From positions 1 to 42,839 of the IMG/VR virus record IMGVR_UViG_2870464427_000004: a stretch of DNA of 42,839 bases; one strand, 5' to 3'. The stretch's first letter is position 1; the number at the start of each line of letters is the position of its first letter. The notes beneath the pieces are model-generated. The model worked only from the letters and a program-made list of their open reading frames with translations. It searched no databases and was not told where the DNA came from. The stretch comes from a virus. Lineage: Duplodnaviria; Heunggongvirae; Uroviricota; Caudoviricetes. Positions 9,188 through 19,137 of this stretch are shown one piece after another. Position numbers and translations under genes: made by a program.

Positions 9188-11175
9188 TAACCCACCCTCA
9201 CCTGATTACTTCGCATGACCTGAGCATTTGCAGACTGTTGCCGACGTGCAACCTCATTACCGACAGCGTGCGGATCTCCGCCACCGTAAATGTGGTAGGT
9301 ATTTTGCTGGTTAACCTCTGTCACTTTGCCACTAATTCCTGCCACGGCAGCCTTATTAATCAGCTCTCGGGAATAGATATTTCTTCCATTTTCATGCTGG
9401 ATAATGCTGCTCATCAATGCTGACATGGTTTGCGGATCGCTCATATTCAGGGCAGCCCGGGGATCCACTCCCAGTCGTTGCGATACAGCCCTGATATACG
9501 CAGTTGTGTTGTTATTATCAGACGCAGGTGCCCAGGTAGAGATAATTTTCTCCACACTGTTTATTCCCCGTCCGGCGTACAGCATTAACTGACGAGCAAG
9601 AGCCCGTAATCCATCAAAAGCAGTTTCAAATCTGGCAAATCGCCCGCCCGGGCGTTCAAGAGAAGCCCCTGCCTGACCAGCAAAATTAAGGTTTCCCGGA
9701 TTGTTATTCCGTTCTCCTCGTTTCGTAGCCTGTGCATATTGTTCCGGCTCATCATCACCAAACCAGCCGCGTACCGTCCGGCCCACACTGCGGGGATCGA
9801 ATCCCCAGTGCTCTTTAATCCAGTCGGCAGTACTGTTAGCGCTGTCTGTAACCATCGGCATCGCTGACGGATTTTCGCTGCCCTGATTAAGTATCTGTTT
9901 GCCGATGCTGACGGCATCAGCCCAGCGGCCATCTTTGATAGCGTTGAGCAGGTCAGCGATCATGTTCAGCATTTTGCTGAATTCGCCCATCTGGTCGATG
10001 AAGTTGCTGAAATCCCACTTCAGGGACCATGATTTGGGGTCAATATTGAGCAGTTTCGCCAGCGCTTTCACCAGGTCGTTAACGGTCGTTTTAAGGTCAC
10101 GAACCATCTTCAGCGCGGCATCGACCTCCGGTTTCCACTTGCCCCAGTCAATCAGGCTGTCGCCGCCTTCCTTCCAGGTCTGATAGTCCTCCCACAGGAG
10201 GGCAATACCCGCCGCCAGCGCGGTAATGAGGCCAATCGGCGACATCCAGAACGTACTGTTCAGAATGCGCAGCGCAATCGTCAGTGCGCCAAACAGCGAG
10301 ATCAACTCCCGCGTTTGCTTATCCAGCGATTGCCACCAGGTGATAAGGCCTGATGTCCCCTCAATCAGTCTGAAGAACAGCCGCCCGATAATATCCCCGA
10401 GCGCCAGAATGCCTTTTATGGCTTTCGTCAGGGTCTGCTCGATACGAGGGAAGTTGTCCAGGATATGGCGGCGCAGGGTGTCCAGCGAACCCGCAAGCCC
10501 CCCCGCAAGATTAGAGCCGATTTTGTCACGGGCCATGCCTGCCATCGCGCCAAACTCACGCAGGGAGGTCATAAATTTGTTGGAGCTTCTGGCCGCCTCG
10601 TCAGCATTGAAGCCGATAGCTTTCGCCATTGCGCTGTACTGCCCGGAGAAGCCACCCACACCCCGGCGCATCGCCATAAGGGTATTTTCGTCAATGCCCA
10701 GCATCTGCGCATACTGGTTAGCCCGGTAATACGGCATGCTGCTGAGTTTCTGTCCAACGCCCGTAAAAATAGCGGCCATGTCACGCATGTTACCGCTGGC
10801 ATCACGGGTCTGTACGCCCAGGCGATTCAGAAAGCCTTCTGCACCGGGATTGTTACGAATAAACCGGGAGAGGCTTTCCAGAGAAGATCGCGCAGCGTCC
10901 ACGCTGCCGCCAACCTGCGAAACCGCATAGCCAATAGACTGAATTCCCTGGACTGTCGCGCCGGTGCGCTGTGACGCCCAGTAAAGATTATCCAGGCCGG
11001 AGGCGATCTTAGCCGTGAAGGCCACCACGGACAGCGCAGCTCCTTCAACAGCCAGCCCCATTTTGATGACATTTGCAGTTGTACCGGCGAGGACAGAACC
11101 GAACTTTTTCGCTCCTGCATCATCCACACTGAAGCCAAGCGAGACGAGGAAATCTTTAATAGTTTCAGCGTTCAT
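9187..11175 (-). CDS. Tail tape measure protein
   Basis: About 660 aa, Ala/Gly-rich, internal hydrophobic segments; ATG at 11175 preceded by GGAGAGAGG RBS (ORF track start 11196 is TTG). Confidence 0.8.
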   Translation of the reverse strand: MNAETIKDFLVSLGFSVDDAGAKKFGSVLAGTTANVIKMGLAVEGAALSVVAFTAKIASGLDNLYWASQRTGATVQGIQSIGYAVSQVGGSVDAARSSLESLSRFIRNNPGAEGFLNRLGVQTRDASGNMRDMAAIFTGVGQKLSSMPYYRANQYAQMLGIDENTLMAMRRGVGGFSGQYSAMAKAIGFNADEAARSSNKFMTSLREFGAMAGMARDKIGSNLAGGLAGSLDTLRRHILDNFPRIEQTLTKAIKGILALGDIIGRLFFRLIEGTSGLITWWQSLDKQTRELISLFGALTIALRILNSTFWMSPIGLITALAAGIALLWEDYQTWKEGGDSLIDWGKWKPEVDAALKMVRDLKTTVNDLVKALAKLLNIDPKSWSLKWDFSNFIDQMGEFSKMLNMIADLLNAIKDGRWADAVSIGKQILNQGSENPSAMPMVTDSANSTADWIKEHWGFDPRSVGRTVRGWFGDDEPEQYAQATKRGERNNNPGNLNFAGQAGASLERPGGRFARFETAFDGLRALARQLMLYAGRGINSVEKIISTWAPASDNNNTTAYIRAVSQRLGVDPRAALNMSDPQTMSALMSSIIQHENGRNIYSRELINKAAVAGISGKVTEVNQQNTYHIYGGGDPHAVGNEVARRQQSANAQVMRSNQVRVG

Positions 11176-11404
11176 TATCCTCTCTCCATTTCTCAATGCG
11201 TCGCTGGTTATCCGCTTTTACCGCCAGATGGTCATTCAAGAGAGCAATGTCATACAAATCGACAGAGCCATCTTTAAGTGCTGTATAAGGAATTAACCCG
11301 GCGTCAACCGGATTGAGAAGGTAGGACAGCCCGTCCGGCAGGCTGTTAAACGTCAGCCCTGTTGCAGGCTCTGCGTCGTGCTGGTAAGGGGTGTAGGCAA
11401 AAAA
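11165..11404 (-). other. Putative -1 programmed frameshift extension of tail assembly chaperone
   Basis: Slippery heptamer T_TTT_TTG (minus strand, 11398..11404) 18 codons before the 0-frame stop; -1 frame stays open for 77 codons to TGA at 11165..11167, overlapping the tape measure start. Confidence 0.55.
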
Positions 11405-11805
11405 TTTCCCAGCGAATCGGCGACCACCCGCGCCACCAGTTGCAGCATGACCAGCAGGTCAATATCATCAAACATCAGTTCACCCTGGGTAAATACCGGC
11501 ACCCAGCCGTCCATATGACGCCGCGATACCACCGCAAGACAGGGATGAATAATCGCATCGGTGTCATCTTCGGTCAGGGAAGACAGTTCCTCAGCGATAC
11601 GCGGGAGCATGGTTTCAAACACCGGTTTTAACTGTTCGAATTTCACGGTGTCGATTTTGCCGTCAGCAGGCAAACGGGAGCGAATACTCCCGAAATCTGA
11701 CATCATTCCTGCCAGCACCGGCAGAAGTTTGCGGGTCACTTTCAGCTGGTCAAAAACGCTGAGTTTTGCCGTGCGATATTTCACGCCTTTAATTTCGAAT
11801 TCCAT
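11353..11805 (-). CDS. Tail assembly chaperone (0-frame product)
   Basis: 150 aa, located between tube and tape measure genes as in G/GT systems. Confidence 0.6.
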   Translation of the reverse strand: MEFEIKGVKYRTAKLSVFDQLKVTRKLLPVLAGMMSDFGSIRSRLPADGKIDTVKFEQLKPVFETMLPRIAEELSSLTEDDTDAIIHPCLAVVSRRHMDGWVPVFTQGELMFDDIDLLVMLQLVARVVADSLGNFLPTPLTSTTQSLQQG

Positions 11806-11808
11806 GTA

Positions 11809-12249
11809 TTAAAACTCCCCGAGAACCTGGTCAATCTTGCCGCAGTCAAACACCCACGGCATCGTATTACCGGTTTTAGCGTTGGCGTTATCCGGTTGTT
11901 TCTGGAACGCAACACTGCGTGCCGTGATGATGTCGCCGCTGACCTTGTTGCGGATCACGATAACGTTATTCCCCCATGTGGCAGAAGACTGGCTCTGTGC
12001 GTTATACGCCAGCGACAATTTTTTATTTGTCGGTGATGTCTTCAGAAGGTTAACGGTTATCGTCCCGCTTTTATCTGCATGGAGGCTGTGCATCACTTCG
12101 CCATCAGCACCGATGGTCATGGTGTTTTTAGGACCGCCCATCGCAACCACAATCCCCTCCTCAGAACTTGCCGAACCGTACCCGAGGTCAATCGAACCGG
12201 TCGGCCCGGTCAGCGTCGCAGTGACATCCATAAAAGAATAGGTAGACAT
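11809..12249 (-). CDS. Tail tube protein (putative)
   Basis: 146 aa, immediately downstream of sheath-like gene. Confidence 0.55.
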   Translation of the reverse strand: MSTYSFMDVTATLTGPTGSIDLGYGSASSEEGIVVAMGGPKNTMTIGADGEVMHSLHADKSGTITVNLLKTSPTNKKLSLAYNAQSQSSATWGNNVIVIRNKVSGDIITARSVAFQKQPDNANAKTGNTMPWVFDCGKIDQVLGEF

Positions 12250-12259
12250 TCACTTCCCC

Positions 12260-13405
12260 TTAGCGAACAACGTTAATCTGTACGTCAGCGTAATGAACCG
12301 CGCCTGCAAGTTTTATTGCAGCCTGAATCACCGGAGCCTTACGGGCTTCACGTTCTGATTGTGCCTGTTCATCCAGCGGCTGGGCGTATACGTAATAACC
12401 TTTGGGCAGCGTGTCACCTGATGACAACTGACCCAGGTCGCCACCGTTCCATACGCCCGGAGCAATCAGTCCATTCTGAACGGCCTGATCCAGTGATTTT
12501 TCAACATTTGATAACAGTCGGGTAATACCGGCTTCAGTCTGGGGAACTTTCGTGGTGCTGGTATAAAGCAGGTTATAGAGGCTGGTCTGCACATAATTCT
12601 GTAACCAGTCCAGGCCGTGGCGTTCATCAAAGAAATCGCCGTTAGCCATCACTCCCTGCTGGAGGATAGCTGTATCATTCTGGTAGTACACGAACACATT
12701 GCAGTTTTTTGCATCAAGTGCCGATGCCTGGCTGACTGTCAGTGTTTCATACCCGACCCCCGGCTCCTGCTTAAACTTGAGCGTAATCGCGGTATTACTG
12801 CCATTGAAATTAACCGTGAATGCCCGGCCAAATGCAGATAACGCAGCGTATTTATTACCCGATGAATACTGAATAAAACTGCGTGAATATCCGGCGGTTT
12901 TCAGTTTTGATGCCAAATCATCTCTGGATGCAGTCTGCAGGCATTTCTCATCGCTTGTCGTAATCGCCAGAATACGGCTTACAGAAGAGGATTCGATCGC
13001 CGCAGCCACTTTCAGCCAGTCTGCATCCGGAATATCTTCATCGTCTGCAATCCCCAGTCCATACCATGAAGTATAATCAAGCATGGCATTCACAGCCTGC
13101 TCCAGCGTCTCAGGCGTGGCCTGTTCGCTGTCTCCCTTCGTTTTCACCCAACGACCGACAAAAACCTCCTGAGGTTTCGGTGATTGTGAGAAAAACACCT
13201 GCGCAGCTTTATATTCTGGTGATTCCACGCCAAAATCTTTTCCAATATCTTCCGCGGCAGAATAACGACGAATGCGCTCACTTACCGGAATGATTGTGGA
13301 CGGGCCGAGAATGAGTAATGCACCAAAATTTCGCCCTGATGCTGCACGCGGCGACATGATCACATCAACATTAACAACGTTTGATACAGGCAAGCCCTGT
13401 GCCAT
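12260..13405 (-). CDS. Tail sheath-like protein (putative)
   Basis: 381 aa, conserved position upstream of tube, chaperone and tape measure. Confidence 0.55.
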   Translation of the reverse strand: MAQGLPVSNVVNVDVIMSPRAASGRNFGALLILGPSTIIPVSERIRRYSAAEDIGKDFGVESPEYKAAQVFFSQSPKPQEVFVGRWVKTKGDSEQATPETLEQAVNAMLDYTSWYGLGIADDEDIPDADWLKVAAAIESSSVSRILAITTSDEKCLQTASRDDLASKLKTAGYSRSFIQYSSGNKYAALSAFGRAFTVNFNGSNTAITLKFKQEPGVGYETLTVSQASALDAKNCNVFVYYQNDTAILQQGVMANGDFFDERHGLDWLQNYVQTSLYNLLYTSTTKVPQTEAGITRLLSNVEKSLDQAVQNGLIAPGVWNGGDLGQLSSGDTLPKGYYVYAQPLDEQAQSEREARKAPVIQAAIKLAGAVHYADVQINVVR

Positions 13406-13408
13406 AGC

Positions 13409-14017
13409 TTAATCTCCGAAAAAGATGACTGGTGCTTCCACCAGCGATTTAATACCGTACTCGCGCACAACCTTCCGGCGCAGGCGCACCGTCATATCGT
13501 AGCGGCGGACCCATTGCTGATTAATAAGTTCAGGGAAGGGAGTCAGACCTGTGTAATCGCCAAGAGACAGCCCCAGCGCATTCAGTGCTGCGTTGTTCTG
13601 CGGTACAGATATACCGTCACGAAACCGGGACGCATACACCATCCCCGCCGGACCATAAAACGAAGCCATACACTCAATCGTTTCATGCCGCCAGAGCTGA
13701 GAGCCATCATCGGTCTGTCTGGTGAATGCCGGACTGTCATCACCTGACCATCCGATAACCCCAAACGCACACCAGTTCGTTTCAGCCGGTAGCAGTGGCG
13801 GTTGCTCTTTCTGCCAGCGCGGACGAACCATCCCGGCAGACAGACCGGAAACGTTACGCATCCACTGGCTTAACAGCCTGTCGAGCGCTTCGTCATAATC
13901 CGGATCGCCACTGGTTGGTATCAGCCATCCGCGCTCTGTGCTGGTGTTATTGCTCAACCGAAATTCCCCCATCAAACGGCAGCAACTCACAATGCGCCTG
14001 AACGAATCCGGCACCAT
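13409..14017 (-). CDS. Tail/neck structural protein, hypothetical
   Basis: 202 aa ORF in structural operon; start uncertain. Confidence 0.45.
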   Translation of the reverse strand: MVPDSFRRIVSCCRLMGEFRLSNNTSTERGWLIPTSGDPDYDEALDRLLSQWMRNVSGLSAGMVRPRWQKEQPPLLPAETNWCAFGVIGWSGDDSPAFTRQTDDGSQLWRHETIECMASFYGPAGMVYASRFRDGISVPQNNAALNALGLSLGDYTGLTPFPELINQQWVRRYDMTVRLRRKVVREYGIKSLVEAPVIFFGD

Positions 14018-14336
14018 ACGCTGTATACGGGTCGACGAAAGTCACACGATAATCACGGCCCTGATACGTCACGATATCGGCATCACGGCCAGTCTGTCCC
14101 TGCGTCAGTCGCTCAGTCGTCACAATCAGAATTGCACCACTGATTACCTGCCCGGCCTGCATACGACGGTTTTCCAGAGAGCGATCAACAGTTACGACTC
14201 CGGCAAACTGCTTTTTAACTTCGCTGTCGCTGCCGATCCCGTCCTCATCCACCGTTTGCACACGGCGTGTTACCCACAAATTGAAGTCGCAAAAATCGGG
14301 GTCAAAAAGCACATCTGTTACATCAAGAGTCGGCAT
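13947..14336 (-). CDS. Head-tail joining protein, hypothetical
   Basis: 129 aa ORF in structural operon. Confidence 0.45.
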   Translation of the reverse strand: MPTLDVTDVLFDPDFCDFNLWVTRRVQTVDEDGIGSDSEVKKQFAGVVTVDRSLENRRMQAGQVISGAILIVTTERLTQGQTGRDADIVTYQGRDYRVTFVDPYTAYGAGFVQAHCELLPFDGGISVEQ

Positions 14337-14877
14337 TTTTATCCCTCACAACATGGGTAATCGCTCTGCGATATTGCCCGGTGTCAATTAATGGTTTCGC
14401 CAGTTCGGTTCCCGGGGATTCGCCAGCAGCACGCCGGGCAAGTTCCAGTGTTGCCCCCTTGCGCCCCCGACGAGCCCGGGCTTCAACAGTACTGTCAGCA
14501 AGCGGCGTAAAGCCGGTAATGGTCATGTAACGCCTGACGCCATTAACGGCCAGCGTTCCGGCACGGTTGAGTGCGCTTTCTGCTCCCGCAGCATTACCAT
14601 CAAGTGCAGCCTGCGCCGCGGTTTTGAGCTGCGGCACCGTCAGCTCTTCTGCCGATTTAACGCCGGGGACCAGGTGAGGTCGTGGCGGGATGTTCTGCTC
14701 TGGTGAGCCGTATTCGTTGAGGTAACCGATGCCCGCATTACCAAACGGAACATCATCCCGCCCGCTGTCTTCCGAAGGGATGCCGACCAGCACATCTTTT
14801 TTGGTTAACGACCTGAGCGCATCCAGAATGGCCTTAGCGTTATCCACCCTCGTTGTTACACCGCTTTTGAAACTCAT
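14323..14877 (-). CDS. Virion morphogenesis / tail completion protein (putative)
   Basis: 184 aa; motif [12 protein letters not shown] resembles phage virion morphogenesis family; position between head and tail genes. Confidence 0.45.
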   Translation of the reverse strand: MSFKSGVTTRVDNAKAILDALRSLTKKDVLVGIPSEDSGRDDVPFGNAGIGYLNEYGSPEQNIPPRPHLVPGVKSAEELTVPQLKTAAQAALDGNAAGAESALNRAGTLAVNGVRRYMTITGFTPLADSTVEARARRGRKGATLELARRAAGESPGTELAKPLIDTGQYRRAITHVVRDKNADS

Positions 14878-15281
14878 AGCTGGCGACCGCCTGCACCGAA
14901 CACCGTGATCAACTGATAAAATTCAGCGCCATATCGGGTGTTATTCCAGAAACCTGCGTCAGGGTTTAGCGTCGCGCTGGTGTCATAGCTGACGCTTACC
15001 TTGTCAACGGACTTGGAGGACTGAACACCATTGGTTGAGCCACCCGGGCCGCCGACGAGCATTGCCCGGCTATCTGCCGCCCAGAGCGTCATGTAGTGAG
15101 CCACGAACAACTCGACAAAGTACGGAAACAACTCTTTGCCGGTGACGTTTTCGCTCAGCAGCGCATCAGCCAGATTCAGACGAAACTGGATTTGTGCTTC
15201 GGGATATTTGGCAGGGTCAGCAAACTGTGGAAAGTCGCGCCGAAAATCACTTACTGTTGGCAGGCTTTGATTCTTTGGCAT
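14874..15281 (-). CDS. Head-tail connector protein, hypothetical
   Basis: ORF 14874..15365 with likely internal start MPKNQSL at 15281. Confidence 0.45.
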   Translation of the reverse strand: MPKNQSLPTVSDFRRDFPQFADPAKYPEAQIQFRLNLADALLSENVTGKELFPYFVELFVAHYMTLWAADSRAMLVGGPGGSTNGVQSSKSVDKVSVSYDTSATLNPDAGFWNNTRYGAEFYQLITVFGAGGRQL

Positions 15282-15615
15282 CTTTCGCCCCATTACCGCC
15301 AGTCTGGGCGGCAGCAATCTGCGCTTGCAGGCTGTCGTTCTGCTCCTGCAGTTTGAGCAATGCATCTTTCAGATCGGCAATCAGCTTATCTTTGTCGGCA
15401 ATCTGCGCTTGCAGGCCGTCGATAATGGGTTGCAGATCATCGGTGTCGCTAATCACGCTTTCGGAAAGCTCAGAGTGCGCCTGGGTGAACCAGTGCGACG
15501 CGACCTCTTCCGGTACGTTATGCCGTCCCCGGCCAAACTCCTGTTTTGACTGATCGCCGAGCGTCAGCGTAAACGGGGTGTGAACATGGATGGTAACCAG
15601 CTTTTCTTTCGCCAT
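15247..15615 (-). CDS. Hypothetical head-associated protein with coiled-coil C-terminus
   Basis: Internal start [11 protein letters not shown] at 15615 with AAGGAA RBS. Confidence 0.5.
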   Translation of the reverse strand: MAKEKLVTIHVHTPFTLTLGDQSKQEFGRGRHNVPEEVASHWFTQAHSELSESVISDTDDLQPIIDGLQAQIADKDKLIADLKDALLKLQEQNDSLQAQIAAAQTGGNGAKDAKESKPANSK

Positions 15616-15628
15616 TTCAGTTTCCTTC

Positions 15629-15644
15629 AGGCCCCTTTCGGGGC
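15629..15644 (-). promoter_or_regulatory. GNRA-tetraloop hairpin just 3' of major capsid gene (transcript attenuator/stabiliser candidate)
   Basis: Minus strand GGCCCC-GAAA-GGGGCC, 12 nt after capsid stop; no U-tract. Confidence 0.35.
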
Positions 15645-15655
15645 CATTCTGGTTA

Positions 15656-16597
15656 TCAGATACCGTCCACATAGGACAGAGTTTCTTTATACACTGGCTC
15701 GACTGCACCCAGCTTGCCGTAGTAAGTGACGATCTGATACAGACCGCGATACTGCACCGGCACGCTCTGAAGCGGAACCAGCGGGTAGCGGACGTATTTT
15801 TTATCGTTGGTGTACGCAACCATGCGATCCTTACCCCCCACACCACGGCCTTTCAGCCATTTAACCGCGCGGATATTCAGCGGAACACCGTTCTGGTGAT
15901 AGCTGATGGTGTTGGTCTGAAGGTACGTCAACAGGGACTGGTTACCCGCAGATGAAACGATGATGCTGGACAACAGAGCAAACTGCTCAGGCGGGATCAG
16001 CAAATCACACGGAACCACAGAGTAACCGGAAGCGGCCCACGCATCAGACAGCACCTGGTTAATGCTTGCGCGGATTTCGTCCGGTGTTGAGGTTGCCCAC
16101 TTTTTGGCAGCGTTGTTGACAGGCACGCCGTCCAGGGTAACAAGGCCTTTCAGGTTTAATGCGGAATCGCCAACATACACCTGTTCATCGTTATCCATCT
16201 GCCATTTCAGTTGCATCCCGTCATACTTCTGCGTATCAATCGGGCGTCCGGCCTGCTGAGCAGCCTGCAATTCTATGACCGTCCAGCCAAGTTCCATCCC
16301 CCACAGGTTCAGCGGGTTACCGGATTTGCTGATATCCACGTTCACGCCAGCAATAGCGGTTGAGTCTTTGCCTACCCAGTTTTTGCCATTCGGATTTGCA
16401 CCAGTACCCGCAGCGGCGAAGCTGGTATTCGTCCAGCTGGAAATGTCATCTGCGATAGACACGTCTTCACGCAGTTGAATATCTCGGGTCCAGGTGTACC
16501 CCACCAGAGGCAGGTTCAGCGTCTGGTCGAGTCGCTCCAGCTCCCCGATGAGAAAGGCACCGGAGCTATCTACGGTTGCCTGATCAAAAGTAATCAT
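15656..16597 (-). CDS. Major capsid protein (Mu-like head subunit family, putative)
   Basis: 313 aa, position after decoration/scaffold genes; followed by strong hairpin. Confidence 0.75.
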   Translation of the reverse strand: MITFDQATVDSSGAFLIGELERLDQTLNLPLVGYTWTRDIQLREDVSIADDISSWTNTSFAAAGTGANPNGKNWVGKDSTAIAGVNVDISKSGNPLNLWGMELGWTVIELQAAQQAGRPIDTQKYDGMQLKWQMDNDEQVYVGDSALNLKGLVTLDGVPVNNAAKKWATSTPDEIRASINQVLSDAWAASGYSVVPCDLLIPPEQFALLSSIIVSSAGNQSLLTYLQTNTISYHQNGVPLNIRAVKWLKGRGVGGKDRMVAYTNDKKYVRYPLVPLQSVPVQYRGLYQIVTYYGKLGAVEPVYKETLSYVDGI

Positions 16598-16608
16598 TTG
16601 TCTGTTCC

Positions 16609-17112
16609 TTAAATCTTCCAGGAGATTTCTGCATTACCGTTAGCGTCACCGGCACCAGTAAATTCAGCATTCGCGAGTACGACAGTTTTCCCTTCCACGC
16701 TTGAAGAGCAGAAACCACCCAGCGGCACTTTAATAGATTCATCAGTGGAGACGACAACGTATACCGGGTCGCCTTTTTTGATGGTGCTGGCATCAAAATC
16801 AGAACCGAGATTAACGGTCACGTAGCCACGTTTCATGGCGTCGCCCGGGAAGTTCTTGCCACTCCCCACCTGGCGAACCATGTCCGGCTGTGATGTGGTC
16901 GGATACGGACGAACGTAGATCCCCTTCACTTTGTCGGAGGTGTCACCGTCCGCCAGCGGCACAAAAAAGCCGTCAGCGTCGTATTTGCCAGCCAGACCAT
17001 AGGCAGCGAAGGCGTTAGCGGATTTAAGGATCACCGGCTCGACGGTTAAATCCTGCGGGCGAGAGATAGCCCCGGCAATGCCAACAGGCATCCGGTACAA
17101 ATATGCAGTCAT
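16609..17112 (-). CDS. Head protein (decoration/structural, putative)
   Basis: 167 aa ORF between scaffold/protease and capsid genes. Confidence 0.45.
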   Translation of the reverse strand: MTAYLYRMPVGIAGAISRPQDLTVEPVILKSANAFAAYGLAGKYDADGFFVPLADGDTSDKVKGIYVRPYPTTSQPDMVRQVGSGKNFPGDAMKRGYVTVNLGSDFDASTIKKGDPVYVVVSTDESIKVPLGGFCSSSVEGKTVVLANAEFTGAGDANGNAEISWKI

Positions 17113-17116
17113 TGGA

Positions 17117-18349
17117 TTATCCTTTGCGGTTAGACCAGAAGTCGGCGTTTTGTTTGTTCAGGGAAGCGATGCTGGTCATGCCCATATTTGGACGTTGTGC
17201 ATCGCCCGTGGTGCTGCGGGTGTTTCGCCCTTTGGCAATCTCAGACACGGCGTTAAACGCCATATCGACCGATTGCTTGGGCAATTTGCGGATATCCGCA
17301 TCACCGACAACCTGGCGAACCAGTGTTTTGTCAGCGGCGGACAGCACATCACGTTTGAACGCGGTCGGTTTCACCTTACGGCTCAGATCGATACCCGGAA
17401 CGATAACTTCGGCACGATAAGCAGCGTCACCGGTAATCGTGGTTTCCTCTTCGTCGTCCTCACCGTCGCCGGTAGGGTCTTTGTTATCTTTGCCGTCAGG
17501 CTTATCGTCGTTATCGCCCGTTGCAGTACCTTCCAGCTTAGCCAGCAGGGCTTTGAGCAAGGTTTTGATATCGTCCTCGCCGTCGCCGGTTGGCTCTCCG
17601 CCCATTTCCGGCTTTTTGTCCGGCAATGGTTGTTGCGGTGAAAGATTAATGTTGAGGTTAACGCCGCTCGGCAGATCCCCTTCATCGCCCGTTACCGCCG
17701 CTGGCGCAGAGTCCAGCAGTTCGTTCATGGTGTCAGCATCACCCGTTTTGATGGCCGTGCGCATGCGGGTCCACCAGCTTTTCTTTTGATTTGCCATTGT
17801 GTCTCTGTCTCCAATTGCACAACGATTTCCGGCTCTGCCTTTAGGGACAAGAGCCACATGGTTTCCGGTAATATCGACCTGCTCGGCTTTTCCGGGTTCG
17901 GTCTGCTCGTACTCAGCGTCATAGCCGCACGACACTTCGCGCAGACCATCTTCGATCAGCTGAATGGCGTTTTCGTCTTTGACGATAAGGTCAGCCAGCA
18001 TCAAATCAGACTGCACACCCGTCCCGCGCCGGACATTCTGGAGGTGCCCGACAGCAAGCTCTTTCCAGTTCTCGGGATTTACCAGCCGCACATTCCCGTT
18101 TTCATCTTCAGGATGCAGGATCGTGATGCTCACCCCTTCGAATGAGGCGAGCGTGGCCGGATGGAATACCTGCTCAGGAGAACGTGTGACGACTATTTCA
18201 CCGAACTTATCGGGTTTCAGTTTTGGCAGGTCATCAGCACCATAGAGCTGCTTACCTGTTCGTCCTATCGGCACGTCTTTGCACAGCAACGAGCCGTCAG
18301 CCAGCTGGTAGCGGGTTTCTCCCAGCCGGGTATTGAAAAAATATTTCAT
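17117..18349 (-). CDS. Head scaffold / prohead protease-like protein
   Basis: 410 aa with long acidic low-complexity linker (DGEDD repeats) typical of scaffolds; position between F-like and capsid genes. Confidence 0.55.
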   Translation of the reverse strand: MKYFFNTRLGETRYQLADGSLLCKDVPIGRTGKQLYGADDLPKLKPDKFGEIVVTRSPEQVFHPATLASFEGVSITILHPEDENGNVRLVNPENWKELAVGHLQNVRRGTGVQSDLMLADLIVKDENAIQLIEDGLREVSCGYDAEYEQTEPGKAEQVDITGNHVALVPKGRAGNRCAIGDRDTMANQKKSWWTRMRTAIKTGDADTMNELLDSAPAAVTGDEGDLPSGVNLNINLSPQQPLPDKKPEMGGEPTGDGEDDIKTLLKALLAKLEGTATGDNDDKPDGKDNKDPTGDGEDDEEETTITGDAAYRAEVIVPGIDLSRKVKPTAFKRDVLSAADKTLVRQVVGDADIRKLPKQSVDMAFNAVSEIAKGRNTRSTTGDAQRPNMGMTSIASLNKQNADFWSNRKG

Positions 18350-18363
18350 GGGTTACCTGCGAT

Positions 18364-19137
18364 TCAGGCGGGATAAGATTGGGAGGTGGGAAAAACGATT
18401 TCTTTATAACAGCGACAATTCGGGAGCTCGCCAGCATGACCTGTCATGCCGTCAAGCGTTGGAGGTTTACCCCATTCGACAAATTTACCTTCCATTTCCT
18501 GATGAGAATGCCTGACGTCACCATCTTCGGCTGTACGCCAGATATAACCATTCGAACCAATTGACAGCGCACGCGCCTGATCCAGCGCTCCGGTTGCACG
18601 TCCAAGTTCAGTACGGGCAATCAGGTCAGCTCTGGACTTTGCTATATCACCCGATGCGGCTATTTCTTTAGCAAAATGTTCCGCTCTCCCACCGGTAACA
18701 ACAGCTTCTGTCGCCCGATTCTGGATGTCGTACACCCTGTTAGCCGCCTCGAGGGGTAGCGATTTGATGTACTTAACCTGTTCAGCAACGATGGATTTCA
18801 TAACCTGCCCTGGAGGGGCACTGTTTACCAGATTGCGTAGCTCACGGCTGATGGTTTTGCTGTGTTTACGCCACTGCTCATCATTCTTGCGCACAATGTC
18901 GGCGGTAAAGTTTTCCGCGACCTTTGTCGCCCAGGGGGTGATGATTTCACTGTAGCGTTCCAGCGCCTCAATAATTTCCGTGATACTGTCATTTGAACCA
19001 TCGTAGTGACCATTTACGATGTCCCCGACCGCCCGCGCTATCCTGCGTAGGCTGGTTCGATAGCGGATTTCCGCCTGACGGTTCCTGCGGTTCGTCATCA
19101 GGTTCGCCGATGCCGGGCGGCGCTTCGTCTTCGGCAT
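18364..19137 (-). CDS. Head morphogenesis protein (Mu F-like / SPP1 gp7 family)
   Basis: C-terminal motif WRTAEDGDVRHSHQEMEGKF...PNCRCY typical of Mu F-like domain; start uncertain (overlaps portal 3' end). Confidence 0.75.
   Translation of the reverse strand: MPKTKRRPASANLMTNRRNRQAEIRYRTSLRRIARAVGDIVNGHYDGSNDSITEIIEALERYSEIITPWATKVAENFTADIVRKNDEQWRKHSKTISRELRNLVNSAPPGQVMKSIVAEQVKYIKSLPLEAANRVYDIQNRATEAVVTGGRAEHFAKEIAASGDIAKSRADLIARTELGRATGALDQARALSIGSNGYIWRTAEDGDVRHSHQEMEGKFVEWGKPPTLDGMTGHAGELPNCRCYKEIVFPTSQSYPA

Noticed and set aside
17383-17789. Low-complexity ORFs on both strands (Ser/Pro-rich and Thr/Lys-rich translations)
   Set aside because: They are alternative-frame readings of the acidic repeat linker of the scaffold gene (17117..18349).
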